64,000 nucleotides of DNA from Alphaproteobacteria bacterium (lineage in GTDB: Bacteria > Pseudomonadota > Alphaproteobacteria > SP197), in assembly GCA_022823765.1 (NCBI GenBank), contig JAJEHK010000206.1:3984-67983 (forward strand), given 5' to 3'. Below are positions 25,812 through 36,099 of this stretch, piece by piece; position 1 is the stretch's first letter; each line of letters opens with the position of its first letter. Position numbers and translations under genes: made by a program. Under the pieces are notes generated by a model. It did not search any database. It saw only the letters and a list, made by a program, of their open reading frames with translations, and was not told the DNA's origin.

Positions 25812-27710
25812 ATGGCCGAAACGCAGACCGGCGCCCATCACGAGTTTCAGGCCGAGGTCAACCGTATCCTCGATATTGTCGTCAACTCTCTCTATTCGAA
25901 GCGCGAGGTATTCCTGCGGGAGCTGATCTCCAATGCGTCGGATGCCTGCGACAGACTGCGCTACGAGGCCCAGCTCGACGATTCGCTGATGCGGGACGAT
26001 CCCGACCTCTCCATCACCGTGTCGCTCGACGACAAGAACTCGCAGATCACGGTCACCGACAACGGCATCGGCATGAGCCGGGACGAGCTGGTCGCCAATC
26101 TCGGCACGATCGCCGGTTCTGGCACCGCGAAGTTCGCCCAGCAACTGGCCGAAGCCGAGAAGGAAAAGGCGAAGAAGGAACGTTCCGACATCAGCATGAT
26201 CGGCCAGTTCGGTGTCGGGTTCTATGCGGTCTTCATGGTTGCCGGCTCGGTGACCGTCACGTCCAGGAAGGCCGGATCCGGGGAAGCCTGGACCTGGACA
26301 TCGGACGGCCGGACGGGCTTCGACGTGGCGCAAGCTCCGGCCGACACGCCGCGCGGCACCGCCATCACCCTGGATTTGAAGAAGGACTCGAAGGAGTTTG
26401 CCGACAGGCATCGTCTCGAGACCATCATCAAGACCTACTCCGGTCATATCGGATTGCCGGTATGGGTCGCCGCCGGGGGCGAATCGCACCAGGTCAACGA
26501 GGCCGCGGCCCTGTGGACGCGGCCCAGGTCCGCCATCTCCGAGGATGAGTACACCGAGTTCTACCGTCATGTCAGCCATGGCTTCGACGAACCCTGGCTG
26601 ACGCTCCACAACAGGGCCGAAGGCGTCATCGCCTACACGAACCTGCTCTTCATTCCCACTTCGGCGCCCTACGACCTCTTCGATCCCAGGCGCCAGCACG
26701 GCGTCAAGCTCTATGTCCGCAAGGTCTTCATCACCGATGAATGCGAGGGGCTGATTCCGCCGTGGCTGCGATTCCTGCGGGGCATCGTCGATTCCGAGGA
26801 CCTGCCTCTCAACGTCAGCCGCGAAGTGCTGCAGAGAAACCCGGTGGTCGAGAGGATTTCGAGAGCTGTCGTCAAGCGGGTGCTGTCCGAACTCGGCAAG
26901 AAGGCAAAGAAGGATGCTGAGTCGTATCACACCTTCTGGGAGACCTTCGGCGCCGTCCTCAAGGAGGGTGTCTATGAGGACCACCAACGCCGCGACACTC
27001 TCCTCCCCCTGCTGCGCTTCCACTCGACGACACGCGACGGCTGGGTCAGCCTCGACGACTACATCGCCGCGATGAAGGAGGGCCAGGACTCCATCTATCT
27101 TCTGATCGGAGACAGGCTGGAGACCATGCGGTCCAATCCCATGCTCGAGGCCTTCCGGGCGAAGGGTGTCGAGGTGCTCCTGCTCGATCACCCGGTGGAC
27201 GAGTTCTGGACCATGTCGGTCGAAGGTTACGAGGAAAAGACGCTCGTCAATGTCGCGCGCGGCGACATCGATCTGGCGGCCATCGCCGGAGACGACGCCG
27301 GGACCGCCGACAAGGAGGAGGAGGCCGGCGACATCACGCCGCTCATCGCCATGATCAAGCTCGCTCTCGAGAACAAGGTCACGGACGTGCGCGAATCGAA
27401 GCGCCTCACCGACTCGGCCTGCTGCCTTGTGGTGGACGAAGGTGAAATGAGCATGCGTCTGCAGAAGATCCTGCAGTCCACCGGTCAGGACGCCATGGCC
27501 GGAAAGCGCATTCTCGAGATCAACCCGGGCCACGCCCTGATCCGCTCGCTCGTCGAGCGGACGCGAAGCGAGGGTTCGAGCCACCAGATCGAGGACATGG
27601 CCCACCTTCTTCTCGACCAGGCACTGATCCAGGAGGGCGAACTGCCACAGGATCCGGCCCGTTTCGCCAAGCGCATGAGCGACACGATGGCAAAGGCGGT
27701 CGCTCCCTGA
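25812..27710 (+). CDS. htpG: Molecular chaperone HtpG (Hsp90)
   Basis: The N-terminus HEFQAEVNRILDIVVNSLYSKREVFLRELISNASDACDRLRY is the hallmark Hsp90 ATPase signature. Length 632 aa. Confidence 0.95.
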   Translation: MAETQTGAHHEFQAEVNRILDIVVNSLYSKREVFLRELISNASDACDRLRYEAQLDDSLMRDDPDLSITVSLDDKNSQITVTDNGIGMSRDELVANLGTIAGSGTAKFAQQLAEAEKEKAKKERSDISMIGQFGVGFYAVFMVAGSVTVTSRKAGSGEAWTWTSDGRTGFDVAQAPADTPRGTAITLDLKKDSKEFADRHRLETIIKTYSGHIGLPVWVAAGGESHQVNEAAALWTRPRSAISEDEYTEFYRHVSHGFDEPWLTLHNRAEGVIAYTNLLFIPTSAPYDLFDPRRQHGVKLYVRKVFITDECEGLIPPWLRFLRGIVDSEDLPLNVSREVLQRNPVVERISRAVVKRVLSELGKKAKKDAESYHTFWETFGAVLKEGVYEDHQRRDTLLPLLRFHSTTRDGWVSLDDYIAAMKEGQDSIYLLIGDRLETMRSNPMLEAFRAKGVEVLLLDHPVDEFWTMSVEGYEEKTLVNVARGDIDLAAIAGDDAGTADKEEEAGDITPLIAMIKLALENKVTDVRESKRLTDSACCLVVDEGEMSMRLQKILQSTGQDAMAGKRILEINPGHALIRSLVERTRSEGSSHQIEDMAHLLLDQALIQEGELPQDPARFAKRMSDTMAKAVAP

Positions 27711-27944
27711 CCGGACCACAAGGGGCGTCGATGATGCTGTTCTCGAACGGTCAGATCAGGTCCTGGGTCCACGGCAGCACCCGGCCGGAGGGATGCCCCT
27801 GACCACGCTGTTCGGTGTCGGCGCGACGATCCCCAATCCCGCGCCACCGGCGCCTGGGGCAAGGTAGAGCACGTCGTCACGGGCGGCCGTGCATCACCTC
27901 GACAGAGCCGAAGCCCTTGGCGCCGATGCAATCCCCCGTCTGGA

Positions 27945-28661
27945 TCAGGCAGCCCGTTTGCGCACTCTGCGCGGGGCGCGCGCACCACCGGTCTCCGCGC
28001 GGCCGGCATCATCCTGGACGCCGTATCCTGCAAAGGCAGCAAGGGTCTCATCAATCTCGGCGTCGCTCAGCAATGTCGGCCCGCCGATCTGCAGGCTGAG
28101 ATAGTACTGCTTCGCGATCGTCTCGAGTTCGACCGCCCGCCACATCGCCTTGGCGAGCGTGTCGCCGATCGTGATCATGCCGTGGTTGGCCAGCAGACAG
28201 GCAGTGCGGTCCTTCAGGGCGGCGACAGCCAGCCGGGACAGCTCGTCGGTGCCGAACCGCACATAGTCTGCGCAGCGCACGTTGTTCCCGCCGAAGCTGG
28301 CGACCATGTAGTGGCAGGCCGGAATCTCCCTGTGCGCGATGGCAAGGGTCGTGCAGTAGGCCGGATGCGCATGCACAACGGCGTTGGCGTCGGGACGTTC
28401 GCGCAGGATCCTGTGGTGGAAGGGCCACTCCGTCGACGGCTTGAGCGGACCTTCCCAGGCGCCGCTCTCATTCTCCAGCGACACCGACGCGATCATCTCG
28501 GGCTCCATCGTGTCGTATGGAATCGCCGAAGGCGATATCAGCATGCGGGTGCCGTAGCGGACCGAAATGTTGCCGGACGTTCCCTGGTTGATGCCGCTCG
28601 AATTCAGCTCGCGACAGCGTTCGACCACGTCACGGCGCAGCCCTCTTTCTACCTTGTTCAT
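27945..28661 (-). CDS. Class II aldolase/adducin family protein (L-fuculose-phosphate aldolase-like)
   Basis: Class II aldolase fold with metal-binding His residues (HAHP, HREIPACHYM). Confidence 0.75.
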   Translation of the reverse strand: MNKVERGLRRDVVERCRELNSSGINQGTSGNISVRYGTRMLISPSAIPYDTMEPEMIASVSLENESGAWEGPLKPSTEWPFHHRILRERPDANAVVHAHPAYCTTLAIAHREIPACHYMVASFGGNNVRCADYVRFGTDELSRLAVAALKDRTACLLANHGMITIGDTLAKAMWRAVELETIAKQYYLSLQIGGPTLLSDAEIDETLAAFAGYGVQDDAGRAETGGARAPRRVRKRAA

Positions 28662-29004
28662 CGTGCTCTTTGCTCCGGAGATCCAAAGAGGCCGATTGTA
28701 TCACGCGCGCGCTAGCTCCCGGCTGTGCAGCGACATCAAGCGAGGACGCCGGGCTCCGGACCGATACTCCCGGCGAAGCACCGCACGTTCACGATGCCGG
28801 ACTCGGGGATGTGAGGGAGACGGTGCCACATGCATGCCGGACACGGACAGATTTCCTCACGCGCCATGCGAAGCTCAATCGCCCCATGTCCGGAGTTGTG
28901 CTCGTTCGTTCAGCGTTCATGAAACGAGGCGGATGCAGTTCCCCTTCAGTCGACGACCGACGCCTGTCCATGCACAATCTGCCTTTCACAGCGGACGCGA
29001 GACG

Positions 29005-29418
29005 TTGAACATCCGCCCCTCTACTCTTGAAGACCGCGCCGGGGTCGTGGCGTTGTGGGAACGCGTGTTCCGCGACAATGCGCCGCACAATGCGCCGGGG
29101 AAGGTGTTCGACTCAAAGCTCCGGGTGGCGGACGACCTGCTCTTCGTAGCCGAAGACGCGGAGTGCATCATCGGCACCGTCATGGCGGGATATGACGGTC
29201 ATCGGGGCTGGTTGTACACGGTCGCGGTCTCTCCGGAGTACCGGAGACGCGGCATCGGCACAAACCTTGTTCGCCATGCCGTCGAGGCATTGCGCGCCGC
29301 GGGCTGTATCAAGGTCAACCTCCAGATACGGGCGACGAACGCCGCGGTGCGAGGGTTCTACGAGTCGCTCGGATTCGAGGCGGAAGCGCTCCTGAGCATG
29401 GGGCTGCACATCCGCTGA
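29005..29418 (+). CDS. GNAT family N-acetyltransferase
   Basis: Acetyl-CoA binding motif RRRGIGTNLV. An in-frame TTG start at 29005 is proposed, since the track ORF begins far upstream in non-coding-like sequence. The start is uncertain. Confidence 0.65.
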   Translation: MNIRPSTLEDRAGVVALWERVFRDNAPHNAPGKVFDSKLRVADDLLFVAEDAECIIGTVMAGYDGHRGWLYTVAVSPEYRRRGIGTNLVRHAVEALRAAGCIKVNLQIRATNAAVRGFYESLGFEAEALLSMGLHIR

Positions 29419-29494
29419 CCCGCAGGTCTCATGTCCTCCATGTGGTTTGGGCCGCGAATGCGCCACGGCCGTTCCCTGTCCTGGGCCCGTCCTT

Positions 29495-30484
29495 TCAGCT
29501 GTCCTGATGATGCGATGCAAGCGTGGCGCACATTCTTGCGAGTCGCCGGCGGAGGCGCACGGGCTTCTCGATGGTGACCGTCTCGCCCCAGGTTACGAGA
29601 TGCCAGCAGATCTCGTCGAGACCGCCGGCCTCGAAGCGCACCGTGACCGTGCCGTCCCGGTTCTTCTCCACGGTCTGATCTGGATGGAAGAGAAACGCCA
29701 TTGCGTCGGGCGCGGCGGCGGCGTTGAAGTGGAGGACGACCCGGACGGGCCTTTCCTGGAAGGTGCCGAAGGAGCGCCGGGCATAGCGCTGCAGATCGAA
29801 CGCCGGGTCGCGTTCGAACCGTTCTTCGAGCAGCCTGGCATCGCTGATGCCGGTGAGGCGCCAGAGCCGCGGTTCTTGCGCGCGGTCTTTCCGGGCAACG
29901 AGGAACGCGCGGTTGCCGTAGATCAGGCCGCAGGGCTCCACGCGTTGAAGACTGGTCTCGCCGGTCGAGCGCGCCCGGTAGCTGTATCCGACCATGCGGC
30001 GTGTCAGGAGCGCCTCGCGCAGGAGCGCAAGAAGATCGGCATCGACCGGCTGCCTCGGGGCTGGCCGCATGGCCAGCCCCTCGACCTGCATCAGGGCTTC
30101 GAGATCGGCCTCTCGTCCCCCCGGGGCTGCATTGCCCCGGGCGGCGCGCAGCTTGGTGTCGATGTCCCTCAACCTGGCCGCCTGTTCCCGCAAGCCGGTC
30201 CGTTCAAGGGCCATGGCGGCGGTGCCGAGCGCCGACAGTTCCTCGGCGTTTACCCGCAGCAGGCGACGCAGATCTCCCGATTGCAGCCGCCAGTGCAACC
30301 TCGTGTCGTCCACAGGCACGGTCTCCAGAGGTCCGAAGGCCGATTCGACGGCATCGCGCAATCGCTCGGCGGTCCGGCGGCTGACCGACAGGTCCTGCTC
30401 GATCTCCTGGAGTGTCACGCCGGCACGCGACCCCTGAAGCCGGATGGCCAGGCGCATGATGTCCTTCAGGCGCTCGTATCTCAT
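29495..30484 (-). CDS. WYL-domain transcriptional regulator (N-terminal HTH plus WYL plus C-terminal WCX-like domain)
   Basis: HTH GVTLQEIEQDLSVSRRTAERLRDAV and a central WYL-like segment (MVGYSYRARSTGETSLQRVEPCGLIY). Confidence 0.75.
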   Translation of the reverse strand: MRYERLKDIMRLAIRLQGSRAGVTLQEIEQDLSVSRRTAERLRDAVESAFGPLETVPVDDTRLHWRLQSGDLRRLLRVNAEELSALGTAAMALERTGLREQAARLRDIDTKLRAARGNAAPGGREADLEALMQVEGLAMRPAPRQPVDADLLALLREALLTRRMVGYSYRARSTGETSLQRVEPCGLIYGNRAFLVARKDRAQEPRLWRLTGISDARLLEERFERDPAFDLQRYARRSFGTFQERPVRVVLHFNAAAAPDAMAFLFHPDQTVEKNRDGTVTVRFEAGGLDEICWHLVTWGETVTIEKPVRLRRRLARMCATLASHHQDS

Positions 30485-30544
30485 CCTTTCAACCTTCCAC
30501 CATTGCTGCAGACCCGTGCCCCGGCACCATAGGGGGCGACGACG

Positions 30545-32659
30545 TCAAGCAGAACTGCTACGGCCGAAACCGATGGGATACGGACGGTCCGGCTTGGCTG
30601 CGCACTCGGCGCGCAGCATCTCCACAAGGGCTTCCGCATCGTGCAGGACACCCAGGATCTCGGCCCGGTTGCGCACCACGGCAAAGTCGCCGGGCGTGAG
30701 GGCCGCGAGATCCGAGAGAGAAGGCGGCGGCGCCAGATCGAAAGAGCTGCGGAAGGCCACGTCGGCCATTTCGGGGGTGAGATAGTCGAGCTTCACCTTG
30801 AAGACGAAGCGGCGCAACGTCGCCGGATCGAGACGGTCTGCGAAATTGGTCGTGCAGGCAAAAGGCAGGGGATGGCTTTCCATCCAGGTCAGCATCTCGT
30901 TGACCTGACTCACCTCCCAGTTGCGGTTGGCGAAACGCCGGTCCGCAAGAAGGGAATCCGCCTCGTCGAAGACCAGGAACGCGCCAGCATCGCGCGCCTC
31001 GGCGAAGGCACGGGCGATCATCTTCTCGGTCCCGCCTACCCACATGGACACGAGATCGGAGGCCCGCTTCTGCACGACCTCGAGGCCGAGCCTCTCAGCG
31101 AGGTAGCGGACATAGGCGCTCTTGCCGGTCCCCGGAGGACCCTGAAGGCAGAGGGAAAACCGCCTGCGCTTCTCCGCCGCGAGACGCTCCGCGAGAACCG
31201 ACGGGTCGGTGTCGGCCCGGATGAGAGCAGGATCGAACCCGGCCGGGGCCCGCTGGGGCGGCCTGTCGCAGGAAAGCAGTCGGGCCAGGCTGCGAACCCC
31301 CGTGCGAACCGCGGCGATGTCGCTTCCGGCGAGGCAGGCGGCCGCGGTGGCGCCGGCCGCAATTCCCGGAGTGGCGTCGAACTCCGAGGCCAGGGCGGTC
31401 ACCTCTTCCGGTGCGGCAGCGATATCGTGACGGTCGAGCTGTCGTGCCCAGACCCGGGCCCGTACGGCCGTTGTCGGCGGACGCAGTTCGAGGGCAAACA
31501 TCATGCGGCGCAGGATGGCGCGACTGACCCCGTCCGTGTCGTTTATGGTCCACAACGTCGGAGCCGGAGCCTGCTCGAGCAACCGGTGCATGAAGACCTT
31601 CGAGGCGGCTCCCCGGGAACGGGAGGACCGCATCGATCCGAACAGTCCGAAGTTCCCGAAGGAGTCTTCGAGCAGGTCGTCCATCTCGTCGAACATGAGG
31701 AGTGAACGGCCGTCGTTGGCGATCAGGCGTTGCGCCAGCTTGAGTTCCTGGAGTCTCTCCAGGCGTGAGGGCTCGTCGCCGTCGTCGTCTGCCTCGCCGA
31801 CACTGTAGAGCGCAGCGCCGAGCCGGGCCGCGAGCGCCTTGCAGAATTCCGTCTTGCCGGTGCCCGGCGGCCCGTAGAGCAGCACGTTCACCCCCGCCGT
31901 GCCGCCGGCAAGTGCGCCGCGCAGGAGTTTCTCGACATGGTCACGGTCACGGGCGACATGGCTGAAGTCCGTCCATTCGAGTTCAGCCGGCGGTGCGACG
32001 CTGAGCAGCAGACCGGTGACATCGATGCGCCCAGAGCCGGGCACGGTGACAAGGCGGCGGAGACGGGGCGGGATGACAAGATCGCCGTCATCGTCGATCG
32101 AGACGAGGCCTGAACGAACCAGGGGTGCGCCGCTCTGCAGGCGGGACTGGATCGTTCGAGCGGTCATGCCGAGCATCAGGGACACCGTCCATCCACGCTG
32201 ATTGAGCGCGCTCATGCGCAATCCGGGAGTCTCGAAGATATCGTCGATCATGGACTCGAACACAGCATGGGTCTCATAACGCAGAATCAGTTCGAGAATG
32301 CCGAGATCCGTTCCATTCAATCCTGCCGTGGCCCCGAGCTGCCGCAGGCGCAAGCTGGTGCGATCCCGTCTCGCCCGGCTGTTCACACGTTCCGTTCGCA
32401 GGTCTTCCGCGATACCGCGCAACGTCCTCGTGGTGACGTTCGCCTCGTCAAGAACCTGCCCGCGGCGGCGTCTTCGACCCCGTCTTCCTGCTCCCGATCC
32501 GATGCGTTGTTCCCGGTCGCCGATCCAGTCGACCAGTGCCCGGGCCTCGGGGTCCCGGTCTGTCAGGCCCGAGGCGATGTTGGCGAGATACGTGGTGAGC
32601 AGTCTTGTCTCGTAGGCGGTCAGCATGTCTCCCTCCCCATTGGCATTTTGGAGAGACAC
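30545..32659 (-). CDS. Tandem AAA+ ATPase (two classic AAA domains, each with GPPGTGKT Walker A) with a ~230-aa N-terminal domain of unknown function
   Basis: D1 has VLLYGPPGTGKTEF and LLMFDEMDD. D2 has LCLQGPPGTGKSAY, SMWVGGTEKMIARAF and FLVFDEADSL. An alternative start at 32626 is possible. Confidence 0.75.
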   Translation of the reverse strand: MSLQNANGEGDMLTAYETRLLTTYLANIASGLTDRDPEARALVDWIGDREQRIGSGAGRRGRRRRRGQVLDEANVTTRTLRGIAEDLRTERVNSRARRDRTSLRLRQLGATAGLNGTDLGILELILRYETHAVFESMIDDIFETPGLRMSALNQRGWTVSLMLGMTARTIQSRLQSGAPLVRSGLVSIDDDGDLVIPPRLRRLVTVPGSGRIDVTGLLLSVAPPAELEWTDFSHVARDRDHVEKLLRGALAGGTAGVNVLLYGPPGTGKTEFCKALAARLGAALYSVGEADDDGDEPSRLERLQELKLAQRLIANDGRSLLMFDEMDDLLEDSFGNFGLFGSMRSSRSRGAASKVFMHRLLEQAPAPTLWTINDTDGVSRAILRRMMFALELRPPTTAVRARVWARQLDRHDIAAAPEEVTALASEFDATPGIAAGATAAACLAGSDIAAVRTGVRSLARLLSCDRPPQRAPAGFDPALIRADTDPSVLAERLAAEKRRRFSLCLQGPPGTGKSAYVRYLAERLGLEVVQKRASDLVSMWVGGTEKMIARAFAEARDAGAFLVFDEADSLLADRRFANRNWEVSQVNEMLTWMESHPLPFACTTNFADRLDPATLRRFVFKVKLDYLTPEMADVAFRSSFDLAPPPSLSDLAALTPGDFAVVRNRAEILGVLHDAEALVEMLRAECAAKPDRPYPIGFGRSSSA

Positions 32660-32967
32660 TGGCAGGCAGATACGTCATATTCGGTCGCATACGATCAAAC
32701 AAATTGGCACGCGATCGGAGGCGGAGCGACCGGCCTCCATGGATTGCGCCGGCTCCGAGGGTCACAGGACCCAGGGACCGGATACCGCGACAACGCCGGC
32801 GCGCCGGCGGATCGGGGAACCCGCGTTCCATCAAGGTGCGCGACGGCTACTGCCGCCCGGAGTTCCGCGGCTTGTTCTCCATCGAGGGTGGCCTCCTGCT
32901 TCACGCAGTTGAACGAAGGAACAGGCGCCTCCAGCGGCCGCTGCTCCCTTCCTGGAGTATCCAGGTC

Positions 32968-34185
32968 TCAGGGTCGCGCGGCCCTTCTCCCCTCGGCCCA
33001 TCGCATGGCGGCGAAGGATGCGGCGCCAAACACCGCGAAAGCGGCAATCTGGACGTGCACGCTGCCATCGAAGCTCTGGCCCACGAGCGTTCCGAGCGGG
33101 ACCGATATGAGGGTGGCGAGCGAGGCGACCACCGCCGCGCCCACTCCGGCGATGTGACCCAGCGGGCCCATGGCGAGCGCGTTGAGGTTGCCGAACAGGA
33201 GGCCGACACCGAGGAAAACGACGATCAGGTAGGCCATGAACAGCCACAGCGGCGGAAGCCCTCCGGTGGCGAAAACCAGTGGCCACGCGGCGACCGAAAC
33301 CAGGGTGACGGACGCCGCCGCCACCTTTGAGAGCCGGCGCATTCCGTGCTTCATCACGAGGCGGCCGTTGGCCAGAGAGGCGCTGCCGAAGGCCAACGCC
33401 AGCACCCCGAAATAGAGCGGGAACAGCGCGCCGGTCCCGTAGGCCTCCTGGAAGATCTGCTGGGCCGAACTCAGGTAGGCGATGAGCGGTGCGAAGGCGC
33501 ACCCGGTGGCCAGCGTGTATCCCAGCGCGGTCCGGATCCTGAGCACCTCCACGACTGCGGCGCCAACGTCGCGCGGCGAGAGCCGGCGCCGGCTCTCGAC
33601 GGGCAGGGTTTCCGGCTGGCGCAGCGCGAGCCACACGAAGGCGACCGCGGCAATGGTGAGGAAGACGGCGAAGATGGCGCGCCAGCTTCCCAGCCACAGG
33701 ATCGCCTGGCCCAGCGCCGGGGCGACGGTGGGAACGAGGATGAACACGGCCATCGCGAACGACATCAGCCGCGCCATCCGGCGTCCTTCGTACTGATCGC
33801 GCACCAGGGCCATGACCACGATGCGCGGTCCGGCAGCGCCGAAGCCCTGCAGCACGCGGCCCGCGATCATCATCTCGAAGGTGGGCGCGAAAATGCTCAT
33901 CAGACAACCGCCCATGAACAGGACAAGGCCGGCATGGATGGCGGGCTTGCGTCCGATGCGATCGGACAGCGGACCGAACACGATCTGGCCCGCTCCAAGG
34001 CCGAGGAACAGGGCGGTGACGACAAACTGCACGTCGTTGCGCCGCGTTGTGCCCAGGTCTTCGCCAATCGTGGGCAGCGCCGGCAGCATGGCGCTGGTTG
34101 CGAGCTGGACGACCGACATCAGAAGCGCGACCAGCACGATGAATTCACCGTGGCGCAGGGCGGGTTTCGCAGCCTTCCGGTTCAT
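32968..34185 (-). CDS. MFS transporter, Bcr/CflA (drug-resistance) family
   Basis: Twelve predicted transmembrane helices and the MFS motif GPLSDRIGRKP. Confidence 0.85.
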   Translation of the reverse strand: MNRKAAKPALRHGEFIVLVALLMSVVQLATSAMLPALPTIGEDLGTTRRNDVQFVVTALFLGLGAGQIVFGPLSDRIGRKPAIHAGLVLFMGGCLMSIFAPTFEMMIAGRVLQGFGAAGPRIVVMALVRDQYEGRRMARLMSFAMAVFILVPTVAPALGQAILWLGSWRAIFAVFLTIAAVAFVWLALRQPETLPVESRRRLSPRDVGAAVVEVLRIRTALGYTLATGCAFAPLIAYLSSAQQIFQEAYGTGALFPLYFGVLALAFGSASLANGRLVMKHGMRRLSKVAAASVTLVSVAAWPLVFATGGLPPLWLFMAYLIVVFLGVGLLFGNLNALAMGPLGHIAGVGAAVVASLATLISVPLGTLVGQSFDGSVHVQIAAFAVFGAASFAAMRWAEGRRAARP

Positions 34186-34965
34186 CGCCTCCTCGCTGCG
34201 CTGCGCCCATCAATGTGTGAGACATGGCGGAAGCCGCTACTCTGCGGCCCGGATGCCGAAGATTCCTTCTGGCCCCCTTGCAGGGGCCCTACGGTCGGCA
34301 GTGCCTGAAGTGGAAATTGGTCCTGAATTGGCGCTTATGGCCCGTAGCCGCCCGGGATGCAATGGCTCCGGCGCGCGGACCGTGAGCTCGAACCGGATGC
34401 CGGCGACGGTCTCCGCTGCCTGCGTCGCAGAAACACGACCGGCACGTTCGGCGTCTTGCCACCGTGAACTGGAGGCGATCACCGGAAAGCGTCGATCAGG
34501 GAGCGTTCTTGTGATCGTTGCCGTTACCGTCTATTGAGCCGCTTCCGGCGGCGATGGCCCCATCAGCAAGGTCAACTCGACAGATGCCTTCCCCGAGAAT
34601 TGAGGAAAACACTCCGGCCAGGGATGAGGCCGGCAATTCGAATGCCCTGCGCAAGTTCGCCGGCAATGAGACCGGCGAGCGGACGTTCGTCGACGCATGG
34701 CTTGGCATGCAGCCGAAGGCAGCACACGGAATGGATCGCCGAGACCCTCTGCCCCCGACCGGGCCGGATCGCCTGACGGTCCCACGCGGTGGCCGTCCGA
34801 TCAAATGTGGACGCGGCCGGACGGTGGTCGAGTCCGTCAGTCGGTCGTTCCTTCCCCACGACCGCCGCGTGCGGAATGTCGCGTCTCGTACCCCTGTCTA
34901 ATCGTGCTGCAGGATGGCCTGGGTGCTCCGCACCACCATCCGATCCGTCAAGGTGCAAGGACCTG

Positions 34966-36099
34966 ATGAATACTACAACCGGTGCACGTCCCTTCCGCTT
35001 CTTCGACAATCGGGAGAAGTACCTGCTTTTCGTGACCACATGCAGCGAAAAGTGGGCGATCGGCGAGCGCATCGGCGCAGAGCTTTCCGAACTCTCTCCC
35101 GAACCTCCGGCGCTGCGGGTGTTCGACGCCGGGACCGGCGACGGCACCGTGATGGCCAGTGTGCTCCGGCGGCTTCATGGCCGCTTCCCCACTGTGCCGT
35201 TTCTGGTTGTCGGAAAGGAGATCAGCCTCGAGGACGTGAGGCTCACGCTGGACAAGCTTCCCGATCGTTTTTCCGAGCATCCGCAGACCGTCGTGGCGCT
35301 CACCAACATGCACTATCGAGAGGCGCCATGGTTGTCCCCGACCGGGAGCGAGGCACGACAGAACCTCAACTGGCGTGAGGTCGCGCTCGACGGCCACACC
35401 GCGCACGAGTTCGACCGGCAGATCGCCGATCTCCACCCGGTCCTGGCCGACTGGTGGGAGGTGCGCACGAGTCCCAGGACCGGAAATCCGGTTTACGCCG
35501 AACCGTCCGTGATCGTTCTCTATCGCTCCGACCACAGATTCATGCTCGATGCGGTCATTCCGAGGCCGGACGAACCGCCCGGAGGTTACGACCTTGTCAT
35601 CGCGGCGCAGCCCTATCGCGCGCGCCACACTGCCCAATTCAAGGTGCGGTTCGTGCTTGAACCCCTCGCTGCTTCGCTTGCGAAGGGAGGGCGCATGATC
35701 GTCATCCAGTCGACGGGACAGGACCCGGGGATGGAGATCATCCGCAAGATCTGGCCTTCGGAGGAACCGTTCCAAACCCCGGGACCGGTGCTCACGCAGG
35801 AGTTGCGCTCCCGGCTCGAAGCCAACTTTCCGGAACGCGAATTCGGCATCGACGGCAAGTCGAGCAGCTTTTTCCGCTATTCCCTGCACGTCATGCCCAA
35901 CGAGGTCGCCGAGAACATCGGAACCTCGACGCGACTGGCTGCATGGAATGCCGCGGTGTACGTCGCCCAGATCGACGACGAGCGCATTACGCACGCCATG
36001 TCCGAAGGCGCCTATCTGAACGCGACGGCCGAAGTCGTCGCACGTCATGGCGGGCTCTGGTTCGTCGACGAATCGTTCGTGGTCGTGCGACGCAAGTAA
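34966..36099 (+). CDS. Hypothetical protein with class I SAM-dependent methyltransferase-like motifs
   Basis: Motif I VFDAGTGDG, a post-I acidic residue (VVGKE), motif II DLVIAAQPY and motif III GGRMIVI. No confident family assignment. The start MNTTT is at 34966. Confidence 0.45.
   Translation: MNTTTGARPFRFFDNREKYLLFVTTCSEKWAIGERIGAELSELSPEPPALRVFDAGTGDGTVMASVLRRLHGRFPTVPFLVVGKEISLEDVRLTLDKLPDRFSEHPQTVVALTNMHYREAPWLSPTGSEARQNLNWREVALDGHTAHEFDRQIADLHPVLADWWEVRTSPRTGNPVYAEPSVIVLYRSDHRFMLDAVIPRPDEPPGGYDLVIAAQPYRARHTAQFKVRFVLEPLAASLAKGGRMIVIQSTGQDPGMEIIRKIWPSEEPFQTPGPVLTQELRSRLEANFPEREFGIDGKSSSFFRYSLHVMPNEVAENIGTSTRLAAWNAAVYVAQIDDERITHAMSEGAYLNATAEVVARHGGLWFVDESFVVVRRK

Noticed and set aside
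32794-32809. Perfect 16-bp palindrome CGCCGGCGCGCCGGCG upstream of the AAA+ ATPase gene
   Set aside because: It is composed only of G/C in a GC-rich genome, so the probability of a chance occurrence is high. It is mentioned only as a possible operator inside the WYL/AAA finding.
34268-34292. GGCCCC-TTGCA-GGGGCC hairpin in the long leader, considered as a SAM-II or cobalamin riboswitch element
   Set aside because: No U-rich tract or pseudoknot partner for SAM-II and no B12-box was found by eye. It cannot be supported without a covariance-model search.
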